DNA from: a virus
Taxonomy: Duplodnaviria; Caudoviricetes
Reading direction: 5' to 3' (one strand)
Virus record (IMG/VR): IMGVR_UViG_3300031274_000003
Span: 1 to 50,476 of that record
DNA length: 50,476 nt
The position numbers were made by a program, and so were the translations under genes. Below are positions 42,690-50,476 of the stretch, one piece after another. Below the pieces are notes generated by a model. It saw only the letters and a list, made by a program, of their open reading frames with translations, ran no database searches and had not been told where the DNA came from. Each line of letters opens with the position of its first letter. The stretch's first letter is position 1.

Positions 42690-43284
42690 ATTTTTGCCGG
42701 ACGGCTCTGTAGACTACAGGGCAAGAAGCGGGAAGAAGCGAAAGGATCTGCGCTACAAGCTGGCTATATGGAATAGGTCGACGGCCGAGACGGACAAAGA
42801 ATTTCATATCTATCGAGTGTTCAGAGATATGGAGCCCGATGACCGCGACTTTCAAGAGTATGTTTTTAAGAACGGCTATGATTTGGATTATGTTAACGAG
42901 CTGTACGAGAAACATAACTGGGAAGAGCGTATAGAGGCATGGGATTCATCGGCTCGCTCCAGATTAGCCGCAAGGCAGGCCATGGCCGCCCGCAAGATGA
43001 AGGACAATCACGCGGCTGTAGGGTCGGCTATGTTGGCGGTAGCCGCTAAGCAGCTCGGCAGGTGGAACAATCTTCCCCCCGATGCGGATCCGATGCCGGT
43101 AAACGCTCTTGTGAATTTGGCGCAGACCGGTGTGGCTATCGAGCGGTTGTCTAGGGATTTAGCGTCTGATGAGACCACGATAAACGTGAAATCGGATGTG
43201 GACGCCAGCAAATTATCCACAGATGATCTGCTAAAACTTCGCGAGCTGAGGAAAAAAGCGCGGGCTGTCAAGGATGATGAATGA
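42673..43284 (+). CDS. Terminase small subunit (probable)
   Basis: Immediately upstream of TerL; W.ER..AWD; D.SKLSTDDL..L. Confidence 0.7.
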   Translation: MGKDDKFLPDGSVDYRARSGKKRKDLRYKLAIWNRSTAETDKEFHIYRVFRDMEPDDRDFQEYVFKNGYDLDYVNELYEKHNWEERIEAWDSSARSRLAARQAMAARKMKDNHAAVGSAMLAVAAKQLGRWNNLPPDADPMPVNALVNLAQTGVAIERLSRDLASDETTINVKSDVDASKLSTDDLLKLRELRKKARAVKDDE

Positions 43285-44758
43285 GGCAGATCTGTTCTAT
43301 GACGTGCTTGACGACGAGGCGCTTGAAGCGGAATTAGGATCAAGATCTCTACACGAATACATAAAGCTAGCCTGGCCTGAAGTAGAACCCTCGAACGAGT
43401 TTGTCGATAACTGGCACATAGGCGCTATTTGTGAGCATCTAGAGGCAGTTATCGACGGTCAGATAACTCGACTGGTTATAAACGTGCCGCCCGGCACCAT
43501 GAAATCACTTACATGCTGTGTGTTTTTCCCTTCGTGGGTCTGGGGCCCCAGAAACCTGCCAGGCAAAAAGCTTATGTTCGGTTCCTATACCGATCGCTTG
43601 GCTTATCGAGACTCGCTTAGAACACGAAACTTAGTTAATTCAATATTTTATAGGCGTAGGTGGGGCAACAGAGTCAAACTCACTACCAGCTCTCTAAGTA
43701 AATTCGATACAGATGCCGCCGGCTGGCGCATGGCGACTACCGTCAGGGGCGGCGCCACGGGCGAGCACGCCGATATTCAGCTGGTAGATGACCCGCTTAA
43801 GCCATACGAGGTTACACGAGCGCTGACAGTCACCGGGACCGCTCTTGAGGATTGCCGGATATGGTGGTCGGAAACGATGGCATCTCGGCTTGTAAGCATT
43901 GTAAAATCCGCTAGAATTATAATTATGCAGAGACTACACGATGCGGATTTGGCCGGCGCCGTTTTGAAAGAGGGCGGGTACGAGCACCTTATGTTGCCTA
44001 TGGCTTTCGAGAGCAAACGAAAGTGCTTCACGTCAATCGGCTTTGAGGATCCACGTACAGAAGATGGAGAGCTTCTGTTCTCTGAGCGTTTCCCTCAAGA
44101 GGCTGTAGATAAGCAAGCAAAAGAGATGGGTTCTAGAGCGGCTCGTGCGCAGCATCAGCAAGACCCGATATTGCTCGAAGGTAACATCATTCATGGAAAC
44201 TGGATTCAGCACTGGGAGCAAGAAAAACTGCCGTTAAGGTGGCTGACCATGATCCAGAGTTGGGACTGCACCTTCAAAGATTCGGACGGTACCGATTTTG
44301 TCGCCGGTCAGGTATGGGCATTGGGAAGTGATAGCAATTTTTATCTTTTAGACCAGATTTGTGAGCGCATGGGGTTGGTAGATACGTGCTTGGCCATGAA
44401 GCGCATGTCTAAGAAATGGCCGAAAACATTCAGGAAACTTATAGAGAATAAGGCTAACGGGCCCGCTGTTTATGAGGTCATGAAAAAGCGGATAAAAGGC
44501 CTCAGATTGGTAGAGCCCGAGGGCGGTAAAATAGCGCGCGTGCATGCGATGGAGCCGGTTTGGGAAGCCGGTGAGGTGTTTATTCCGCCCGCTGATGTGG
44601 AGTGGGTAGGCGGCTATATTAGCGAATTGACAGGGTTCCCAGCAAAGGCGCATGATGATCAGGTAGATGCGACGTCACAAGCGTTGCTGTATCTCCAAAC
44701 CAAGAGCATAAAAATGCTTAAGGATGCTATGGCGAAACAGGAAAGGCTTTTCACATGA
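43274..44758 (+). CDS. terL: Terminase large subunit
   Basis: INVPPGTMKS, VDDPLK, IMQRLH..DL, QSWD..FK, IENKANG, FP..AHDDQVDA. Confidence 0.95.
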   Translation: MMNEADLFYDVLDDEALEAELGSRSLHEYIKLAWPEVEPSNEFVDNWHIGAICEHLEAVIDGQITRLVINVPPGTMKSLTCCVFFPSWVWGPRNLPGKKLMFGSYTDRLAYRDSLRTRNLVNSIFYRRRWGNRVKLTTSSLSKFDTDAAGWRMATTVRGGATGEHADIQLVDDPLKPYEVTRALTVTGTALEDCRIWWSETMASRLVSIVKSARIIIMQRLHDADLAGAVLKEGGYEHLMLPMAFESKRKCFTSIGFEDPRTEDGELLFSERFPQEAVDKQAKEMGSRAARAQHQQDPILLEGNIIHGNWIQHWEQEKLPLRWLTMIQSWDCTFKDSDGTDFVAGQVWALGSDSNFYLLDQICERMGLVDTCLAMKRMSKKWPKTFRKLIENKANGPAVYEVMKKRIKGLRLVEPEGGKIARVHAMEPVWEAGEVFIPPADVEWVGGYISELTGFPAKAHDDQVDATSQALLYLQTKSIKMLKDAMAKQERLFT

Positions 44759-46266
44759 TAGATTTCAAAAAACAGGCCGTAACGTTGGGGCGTATGGCAG
44801 CGCGTGAAATGCAGCGTAGGGCAGACGCATGGGTGAATACGCTGACCGGTGTCGGTACCTCTAGAGATGCCGATGAGTGGACGGCATTTATGCTAAGGCA
44901 GCATTTGGATGATAATACAGCTGCCGCTATCTACAGCGAAAACGATATCGCAGCTAGGGTTTGCGATACGTATCCGGAATATGCCATTAAAAAAGGCTTC
45001 AACATCAATATACGGGTCGGTGCTGACTATGATGCGGACGCGATAGAGGCTAAAAAGCGCGATGAGAAGTTGATGCGCGATGAGTTGGCCAGGTTGAAAG
45101 CTGTATCTAAGCTCACCTCGGCCGCTGTTTGGGGTAATGTATTTGGCAAGGGCGTTGCGCTTATCGGTATTGATGACGGTTCAGAAAGCTTAGACCAACC
45201 GGTAAATGAGGGCGGCATCAGATCAATACTGCACCTAACTGTGTACGACAAACGGCGCGTAACTGTAAAAGAGTATTACGAAGATTCCAACGAGCCAAAA
45301 TACGGCGACCCTAAAGTTTATACGCTGAGCGCCAAGGCCAGGCAGGGAGAGGCGATAGATGTGCACGAGTCTAGAGTGCTCACTTTTGAAGGAGTGCGCA
45401 CACCGGACGATGAAAAATCTAACAGAGGCGGTTTTGATTATTCTTTTTTGAACCGAGCGCACAAGATTGTTCGGCAAACGGCAATGAGCTGGGATACGCT
45501 GTCGGCATTGATTGCGGAAGCCAGTCAGGGCGTGTTCTATATAGATGGGTATATTGAAGCGCTTGCGGGAGATGAAGAAGAAGTTATCGAAAAGCGCATG
45601 ACGTTGATCGATATGATGCGGAATAGATTGCGATCTCTGGTATTGGACGCGCAGAGTGAACGCTTTGAGCGAGTGCCGGTTAATTTTGGAGGTATATCGG
45701 AAGCGTTTGATCAGCTTATGTATAGGCTGTCTTTGGCAACAACAATACCCGTAACTATTCTCATGGGTAGGTCCCCCGCAGGAATGAACGCTACCGGTGA
45801 GTCTGATTTAGAGATGTTCTATTCCAGAGTAGAGAACTTTCGAGACTTATTCGTAACGCCCGAAGCTGAAAAGCTCATAAGGTATATTTTTAAGGCTTCT
45901 GATGGGCCATTCACCGGCGAGCCCGACAACTGGCAAATCAAATACAAAGACCCGAGGTCTGTGTCTCCGGACAAAAAAATACAAGAAGATAAAACGAAAG
46001 CTGAAACAGATGCTATTTATTTGGATCGCGGGGTCATTACCGAAGAAGAGTGCGGTGTGTCTCGGTTCGGGCCTGATTCCGACTCTGATATTACCATAGA
46101 TATAGAAGCGCGAGCGCTGAAGGCAGAGGAGAAACCTTATGGGACGGAACAAGAGCCGGACGTTACGAGCGGCGAGGATGCGCTACAGAACGAAGGCGCT
46201 TCAGATAATCCGGGAGGTCAACAAGGCGCTACAGCGAGTAATACAGACCAGAACAGACGCCAGTGA
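44755..46266 (+). CDS. Portal protein (DUF1073-like)
   Basis: VHESRVL.F.G; IPVTILMGRSPAGMNATGESDL. Confidence 0.9.
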   Translation: MIDFKKQAVTLGRMAAREMQRRADAWVNTLTGVGTSRDADEWTAFMLRQHLDDNTAAAIYSENDIAARVCDTYPEYAIKKGFNINIRVGADYDADAIEAKKRDEKLMRDELARLKAVSKLTSAAVWGNVFGKGVALIGIDDGSESLDQPVNEGGIRSILHLTVYDKRRVTVKEYYEDSNEPKYGDPKVYTLSAKARQGEAIDVHESRVLTFEGVRTPDDEKSNRGGFDYSFLNRAHKIVRQTAMSWDTLSALIAEASQGVFYIDGYIEALAGDEEEVIEKRMTLIDMMRNRLRSLVLDAQSERFERVPVNFGGISEAFDQLMYRLSLATTIPVTILMGRSPAGMNATGESDLEMFYSRVENFRDLFVTPEAEKLIRYIFKASDGPFTGEPDNWQIKYKDPRSVSPDKKIQEDKTKAETDAIYLDRGVITEEECGVSRFGPDSDSDITIDIEARALKAEEKPYGTEQEPDVTSGEDALQNEGASDNPGGQQGATASNTDQNRRQ

Positions 46267-46855
46267 GGTAAATGCGTCCTTCATAGATAGACTAAAAGCC
46301 GCCGCGGTAGCGGTTTTGGCAAGGTTCGGTTTATACAACGTAGTATCGAGCACGTTTGCGGATTTTGATTTTGCGAATAGAAATTATTATTCGGGCATTG
46401 CCGGAACAAAGGCTTTAGGCCTCAACAAGATGGGCGTTCCTAACGAGATGCTTGAGAACTGGATTAAGCGGAATGTAGCTTTAATCACCAATACGTCATT
46501 TACCGAAGTGCAGCGCTTGGAAGGCCTGTTCAGAGACGCGGCTTTCTCCAATATTCGTGCCGATGAATTTCAAAAACAGATTTCGAGAGTGTTTAAGTTT
46601 GGCAGAAACAATGCCAAACTGATAGCGATGGACCAATCCGGCAAGTTGTGGGGACAACTCAACGAGTACCGCCAGACTAGAGCCGGTATAAAAGGCTATT
46701 ACTGGCGCACCACTCGAATTTGGAGCCGTGTTAGGCCAAAGCACGCGGCTAGAGAAGGTCAGTTTTTCTTGTGGTCAAGACCGCCTGATGGCGGCCACCC
46801 GGGACAGGAGATTCGCTGTATGTGCCACGCAGAAGCGGCTTTAGACCGGATGTAG
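46139..46855 (+). CDS. Head morphogenesis protein (SPP1 gp7/Mu F-like)
   Basis: AKLIA.DQ..K; GI..Y.W.T; RVRP.H; HPGQEIRCMC. Confidence 0.88.
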   Translation: MGRNKSRTLRAARMRYRTKALQIIREVNKALQRVIQTRTDASEVNASFIDRLKAAAVAVLARFGLYNVVSSTFADFDFANRNYYSGIAGTKALGLNKMGVPNEMLENWIKRNVALITNTSFTEVQRLEGLFRDAAFSNIRADEFQKQISRVFKFGRNNAKLIAMDQSGKLWGQLNEYRQTRAGIKGYYWRTTRIWSRVRPKHAAREGQFFLWSRPPDGGHPGQEIRCMCHAEAALDRM

Positions 46856-47115
46856 TCAGTTTTTAATACTGCTTAAAATATCTAGCACTAGTTGTTTGTT
46901 GTCTGTAAGCCAGTAAATTAAATCCTCTGCGTCTACTCTACCATTATTAGCGTATAAAGGGTGTTTATTTATTTTTTCGATTGCGACTAGATGCGCCTGA
47001 CGTGAAGTAGCTTCTTCTATATCTGTGAAAATTTTTCCGTCCGTAGTTTGATATGCTTTTATGGTTTTCATATATCCCTCGTGCCGCGCGGAAGCGGCTT
47101 TAGATCGGATGTAGT
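46822..47115. repeat. 35-bp direct repeat (46822-46856 and 47081-47115; 3 mismatches) flanking one gene
   Basis: GTGCC(A/G)CGC(A/G)GAAGCGGCTTTAGA(C/T)CGGATGTAGT. Confidence 0.85.
46856..47071 (-). CDS. Hypothetical protein
   Basis: ATG 47071; AYQTTDGKIF.D.EEA. Confidence 0.65.
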   Translation of the reverse strand: MKTIKAYQTTDGKIFTDIEEATSRQAHLVAIEKINKHPLYANNGRVDAEDLIYWLTDNKQLVLDILSSIKN

Positions 47116-47118
47116 TTA

Positions 47119-47379
47119 TTAGTATAATATTTTTAAACAAAGCAGGTCAGATAGCAAAGATTTAACATCTACTATATCGGGAGTAGTGCGTATATAGTGT
47201 GCTATTTCCGGTGAATTCATTTCAGGCAGCACTATTTCTATAAAAGCGAGTATTTCGATCCTGCCAAAACTACTACTAGCTGTGAGTTTATTTATCTGAT
47301 CTATTTTCGGCCGTTCTTTCTCTCTTTTCTGCCTAGCTGCGTCTAAACATTTATTGAACGTCATTCTCTGCCTCAACAT
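47119..47379 (-). CDS. Hypothetical protein
   Basis: ORF in the - strand island. Confidence 0.5.
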   Translation of the reverse strand: MLRQRMTFNKCLDAARQKREKERPKIDQINKLTASSSFGRIEILAFIEIVLPEMNSPEIAHYIRTTPDIVDVKSLLSDLLCLKILY

Positions 47380-47382
47380 CTT

Positions 47383-47655
47383 TCATTTTAACAGCGTTAT
47401 TGGGTATACGGTGAAGATGTGTTTTACTGAGCTGTTTGAGTCAATTACGAGCAGATCGGATATGTTTTTATCGCTGCCGTAAAAATAGATCCACGGTTTG
47501 CATTTCGGCGAGCCTTCTGAGCCGCATAGCTTGAATACGATGTTTTTGTATTCGGCATACGTTATCTTGCTCCCAAGTGCTTCAAACTCGATTTCGGTTT
47601 TGTGTTTTTTGCACACTGCTTTCATTTTTTGTTTCATTTGTGGTCCTTTTGCCAA
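47383..47655 (-). CDS. Hypothetical protein
   Basis: ORF in the - strand island. Confidence 0.5.
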   Translation of the reverse strand: MAKGPQMKQKMKAVCKKHKTEIEFEALGSKITYAEYKNIVFKLCGSEGSPKCKPWIYFYGSDKNISDLLVIDSNSSVKHIFTVYPITLLK

Positions 47656-47891
47656 CTAAGCAACATGTTTATCTGCCTATGGATGGCTTGTTTTGTTTCG
47701 GAAATCGTTTTGTACAGATAATAGTCTGGCGTGACTATATCGGTGTTTGTTACCACGTGTTTTTTGGAGATTGTTACTGTGGTATACGATCCGTGTCTGT
47801 CTATGACTCGAGTGACTTTCACTTTTTCCGGCCATAGATCACCTCTGAAATAGTAGGCAGTGTCACCTACGTTGAAGTCTTTGCCTTCCAT
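47634..47891 (-). CDS. Hypothetical protein
   Basis: GAGG RBS; FNVGDTAYY start. Confidence 0.6.
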   Translation of the reverse strand: MEGKDFNVGDTAYYFRGDLWPEKVKVTRVIDRHGSYTTVTISKKHVVTNTDIVTPDYYLYKTISETKQAIHRQINMLLSWQKDHK

Positions 47892-47902
47892 TTTTTACCT
47901 CT

Positions 47903-48208
47903 CTAGAGCTTGTACGCGGCCACCACATTGGCCGGATTTCTGGCCATGTATTCGTCTGACCATTCGGTAGTGACTCGGACATTGTTTATGACTTCTCTTA
48001 TCCAGTCGAAGTCACTGTAGTGGTACGGATAGCAGTCACCGAAGACCGTTGCATGTCGTTTGAAGTAGTCATCGTTTTTGTTTTTGATCTCGAACAAAAA
48101 TGTCCGCAGGCTCAAAAACATTTTGGCGTCTATTTTCAATGTCCGCCACAGTGAGCCGTCCAGGTTGTAGATGGCTTCCTCTGTAAAAATTCGTTCCGCT
48201 CTTTTCAT
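47903..48208 (-). CDS. Hypothetical protein
   Basis: ATG 48208 after AGGAGG and a promoter copy. Confidence 0.65.
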   Translation of the reverse strand: MKRAERIFTEEAIYNLDGSLWRTLKIDAKMFLSLRTFLFEIKNKNDDYFKRHATVFGDCYPYHYSDFDWIREVINNVRVTTEWSDEYMARNPANVVAAYKL

Positions 48209-48212
48209 GTCG

Positions 48213-48258
48213 GCACCTCCTATCAATATATTTAAATCGCATTTAAATGGCTGTCAAC
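48213..48258 (-). promoter_or_regulatory. Repeated promoter/operator, distal copy
   Basis: TTGACAgccaTTTAAAtgcgaTTTAAAtatattgatAGGAGG on - strand. Confidence 0.75.
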
Positions 48259-48320
48259 TTTTTATTTGCGAAAACAGCGATTACAGTATATCTTAAAATT
48301 GATGAAATTGGAGGTTCGAG

Positions 48321-48668
48321 ATGGCCAATGAAATTTTAGATATCTGTAGAAGTATACAGGATATTGTCAGTAAACAGCCTACTAGAGACGAGGTACTGAG
48401 CATCGTAAAAGACGAGATAAAAGGACAGTTAGAAAACCATGAAAACGGCTGTCCGGCGCGTCAATCGCATAGCGATGTCAAAGAACGGTTGAACAATGTT
48501 GAGTCTAAGGCGATAAGCGCGGCCACTCAAATAGGCGTGCTGCAAGGTAGGTTATCAGGAGTGTCGGCATTTGCGCGGAATATGAGCCCCAAAGCGTTAA
48601 TAGCCTTAGGCACGATAATCGGCGCGGCTATCCCGGTAGCCATCGCTATTTTTAATGCGTTCAAATGA
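48321..48668 (+). CDS. Coiled-coil protein with C-terminal transmembrane helix
   Basis: GGAGG RBS; hydrophobic C-terminus. Confidence 0.65.
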   Translation: MANEILDICRSIQDIVSKQPTRDEVLSIVKDEIKGQLENHENGCPARQSHSDVKERLNNVESKAISAATQIGVLQGRLSGVSAFARNMSPKALIALGTIIGAAIPVAIAIFNAFK

Positions 48669-48669
48669 T

Positions 48670-48699
48670 TTGACAAGAACTGTTTTTTCTGTTCATAGT
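48670..48699 (+). promoter_or_regulatory. Sigma70-like promoter (TTGACA-18-CATAGT), possibly leaderless
   Basis: -10 ends 6 nt before ATG 48706; no SD sequence. Confidence 0.45.
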
Positions 48700-48705
48700 T
48701 AAAAT

Positions 48706-49911
48706 ATGGACGGATTTTATAACAAAACCCGCAGTTTACGCACAGATTCTAAAGAAGAGCATGAAGCTTCTGTAGAAAAGCGCTTTGATTTCGTAAAGTT
48801 AGGTTCTAAAGTCCACAAAACACGGCAAGGTTTTTTACGCGTTCCTGCTGCTTTTACGCGAGCGGGCGTTTTGAAGTATAGGCGCGCAGACGGCACCGTT
48901 GTCAGAGAATTGCGCCATCCCGATGATGTTTTTGAACAGGAAGCAATGGCTTCGCTGGAGGCTTTGCCCATTATCGTGGATCATGTGGTCACTGAGGTGA
49001 GTCCGGATAACCATAAACAAGTTCAAGTCGGTTTCACCGCTACAGAGGTCAAAAGAGATGCCCATGACCATGCGCTGGGCGAAGCCATTATCCAAGATTC
49101 TGACGCAATTAGGGGAGTCTCGGAAGGGAAGCTTGTTGAATTTTCGCCTTGCTATGAGTGCGTTATTGACCCAACGCCCGGTGTGTACAACGGTGAGCGT
49201 TACGATCAACGCCAGCGCCGAATAAGATACGATAATTTAGCTCTAGGTCCGTCCGGATGGGGCAGAAGCGGTCCCACAGTCAGTTTCAGAATGGATGGCG
49301 GAGCTTTTTGCGGTTTAGAAGAAGAGCAGCCAAAGGAAGGTATAAAGATGGAAGAGTTTGAAATCCGAATGGATGGAGTAACGTACAAACTCAGCACGGC
49401 GCCCGGGGCACAGGGGCCTTTTGTTGCTTCTGTGCAGAAACTCAGGCAGCGGGCCGATGCTGCTGATGAGGAGATAGCTCGCCTTAAAGGTGAAGTCGAT
49501 GCGCAGAAGCTCAAAAGCGAAGACCTCAAGAAGAGGCTCGATTCGGCGCTGGCGCCCGCGGCGATAGAGAAGGCGGCGAGAGAGCGGGCAGAGGTTATCG
49601 AAAAGGCCAAAGCTATCGTTCCGGATATCCGGACCGATGGGCTCACCGTATCGGAGATCAAACGCAAAGTTGTCGAAACGAAAGAGCTCCGTCTTGACAG
49701 CATTCCGGAAAATCACCTAGAGGGGTATATTTCCGGCGCGTTTGCCGGTTTCGACACTCCGAAAAAGGAAGAGAAAAAAACAGGCCCGGCGTACCCCGAA
49801 ATCGGTGCAAAGCCCATCAACCGCCAAGACGGCAATGCAGAGCTGCCGCCTGATGTCTTGGCACGTCAGCGCATGGTTAAAGCCGGGCGCGGAGAGGAGG
49901 TCAAATCCTAA
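48706..49911 (+). CDS. DUF2213-like prohead protease/scaffold protein
   Basis: GFL.VP...R.GV..Y, R.PDDVF, E.S..Y, G.Y.GE.YD..QR.I...LAL...GR.G; coiled-coil C-terminus. Confidence 0.88.
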   Translation: MDGFYNKTRSLRTDSKEEHEASVEKRFDFVKLGSKVHKTRQGFLRVPAAFTRAGVLKYRRADGTVVRELRHPDDVFEQEAMASLEALPIIVDHVVTEVSPDNHKQVQVGFTATEVKRDAHDHALGEAIIQDSDAIRGVSEGKLVEFSPCYECVIDPTPGVYNGERYDQRQRRIRYDNLALGPSGWGRSGPTVSFRMDGGAFCGLEEEQPKEGIKMEEFEIRMDGVTYKLSTAPGAQGPFVASVQKLRQRADAADEEIARLKGEVDAQKLKSEDLKKRLDSALAPAAIEKAARERAEVIEKAKAIVPDIRTDGLTVSEIKRKVVETKELRLDSIPENHLEGYISGAFAGFDTPKKEEKKTGPAYPEIGAKPINRQDGNAELPPDVLARQRMVKAGRGEEVKS

Positions 49912-50476
49912 TGATCACTTCTATTCTCGACGAAAGAGCGCCGGTATATTCCGGCATGGTTGTGGGACGCCCGCTTGAGCGCCGCACCGGTGTAGCGAGT
50001 GAGCGGATTTACTTCGGCAAAGGCGTATCCATTGCGCCGGCTAGCGATCTCACGCTAGACCCGGTTTTGAACCTGTTTACCGACACGCAGCAGTTTATGG
50101 GTGTGTCGGTTGCAGATACAACGCTGGAAGCGCTTGCCGATCCAGTTACCGGCATCCCCAACACCGCGCCGTTTGGTGCGCACAGCGCCAATAGACCGTT
50201 CGGCTATGTGCGGAAAGGGCTTATTTGGGTCCACTCCGACACCGCAATCACGTCCAGGGCGCTGGGTGTGTTTGTAAAGGATGAGGATGGTCTCGGCACG
50301 CCCGCGACAGTGCTTTCTACTGCTTTTGCGGCGGATTCCAGTGCGCTGTCGTTCACGGTGACTATTGCCGGGTTTGCCGTGCAGACTGTCACTATGCCCG
50401 CGGGCACTACGTCTCTGGCCGCTGCTGCGGCTCAAATCAACCTCCAAATTGCGGGAGGCTATGCGCAGGTTGTGGG
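49911..50476 (+). CDS. 5' part of head decoration/cement protein (continues to 439)
   Basis: TAATG overlap, GAGGAGG RBS; MITSILDERAPVYSGM...IYFGKGV...VRKGLIWV; open to the end of the window. Confidence 0.75.
   Translation, partial: MITSILDERAPVYSGMVVGRPLERRTGVASERIYFGKGVSIAPASDLTLDPVLNLFTDTQQFMGVSVADTTLEALADPVTGIPNTAPFGAHSANRPFGYVRKGLIWVHSDTAITSRALGVFVKDEDGLGTPATVLSTAFAADSSALSFTVTIAGFAVQTVTMPAGTTSLAAAAAQINLQIAGGYAQVV
50303..50476. repeat. Terminal direct repeat, right copy
   Basis: Matches 1-174 with one mismatch. Confidence 0.95.

Noticed and set aside
1-50476. Alternative genetic code, introns/inteins, tRNA genes
   Set aside because: Core genes are intact under the standard code at normal lengths; no cloverleaf or splicing motifs noticed by eye (tRNAscan-SE not run)

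Overview
An apparently complete, circularly permuted genome of a contractile-tailed (myovirus-type) dsDNA phage. Unit length is 50,302 bp: bases 1-174 recur at 50303-50476 with one mismatch. Layout: (i) a + strand virion module from TerS/TerL, portal, head morphogenesis and DUF2213-like protein (42673-49911) across the junction to capsid, neck, sheath, tube, tape measure, baseplate and fibres (1-20184); (ii) a - strand replication/recombination arm (C5-MTase-like, RyR, SLT, RuvC-like, PolA, SF2 helicase, PD-(D/E)XK nuclease, MazG-like pair; 20262-31598); (iii) a divergent promoter region near 31.6-31.7 kb, small + strand genes, a primase-helicase and an 870-bp AT-rich inverted-repeat-rich putative origin; (iv) a + strand block with ASCH, two unannotated related Arg/Gly-rich micro-ORFs, a PP-loop/PAPS-reductase-like enzyme, a ParB-like protein, DUF3310, amidase and holin. 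I recognised no integrase, repressor, tRNA, rRNA or CRISPR array. Most notable are the micro-peptide + PP-loop + ParB operon, two core tail proteins each fused to long fibre domains, a PolA lacking the motif B Tyr, and a structured non-coding element upstream of the terminase. All family calls come from motif recognition and synteny by eye, not database searches.
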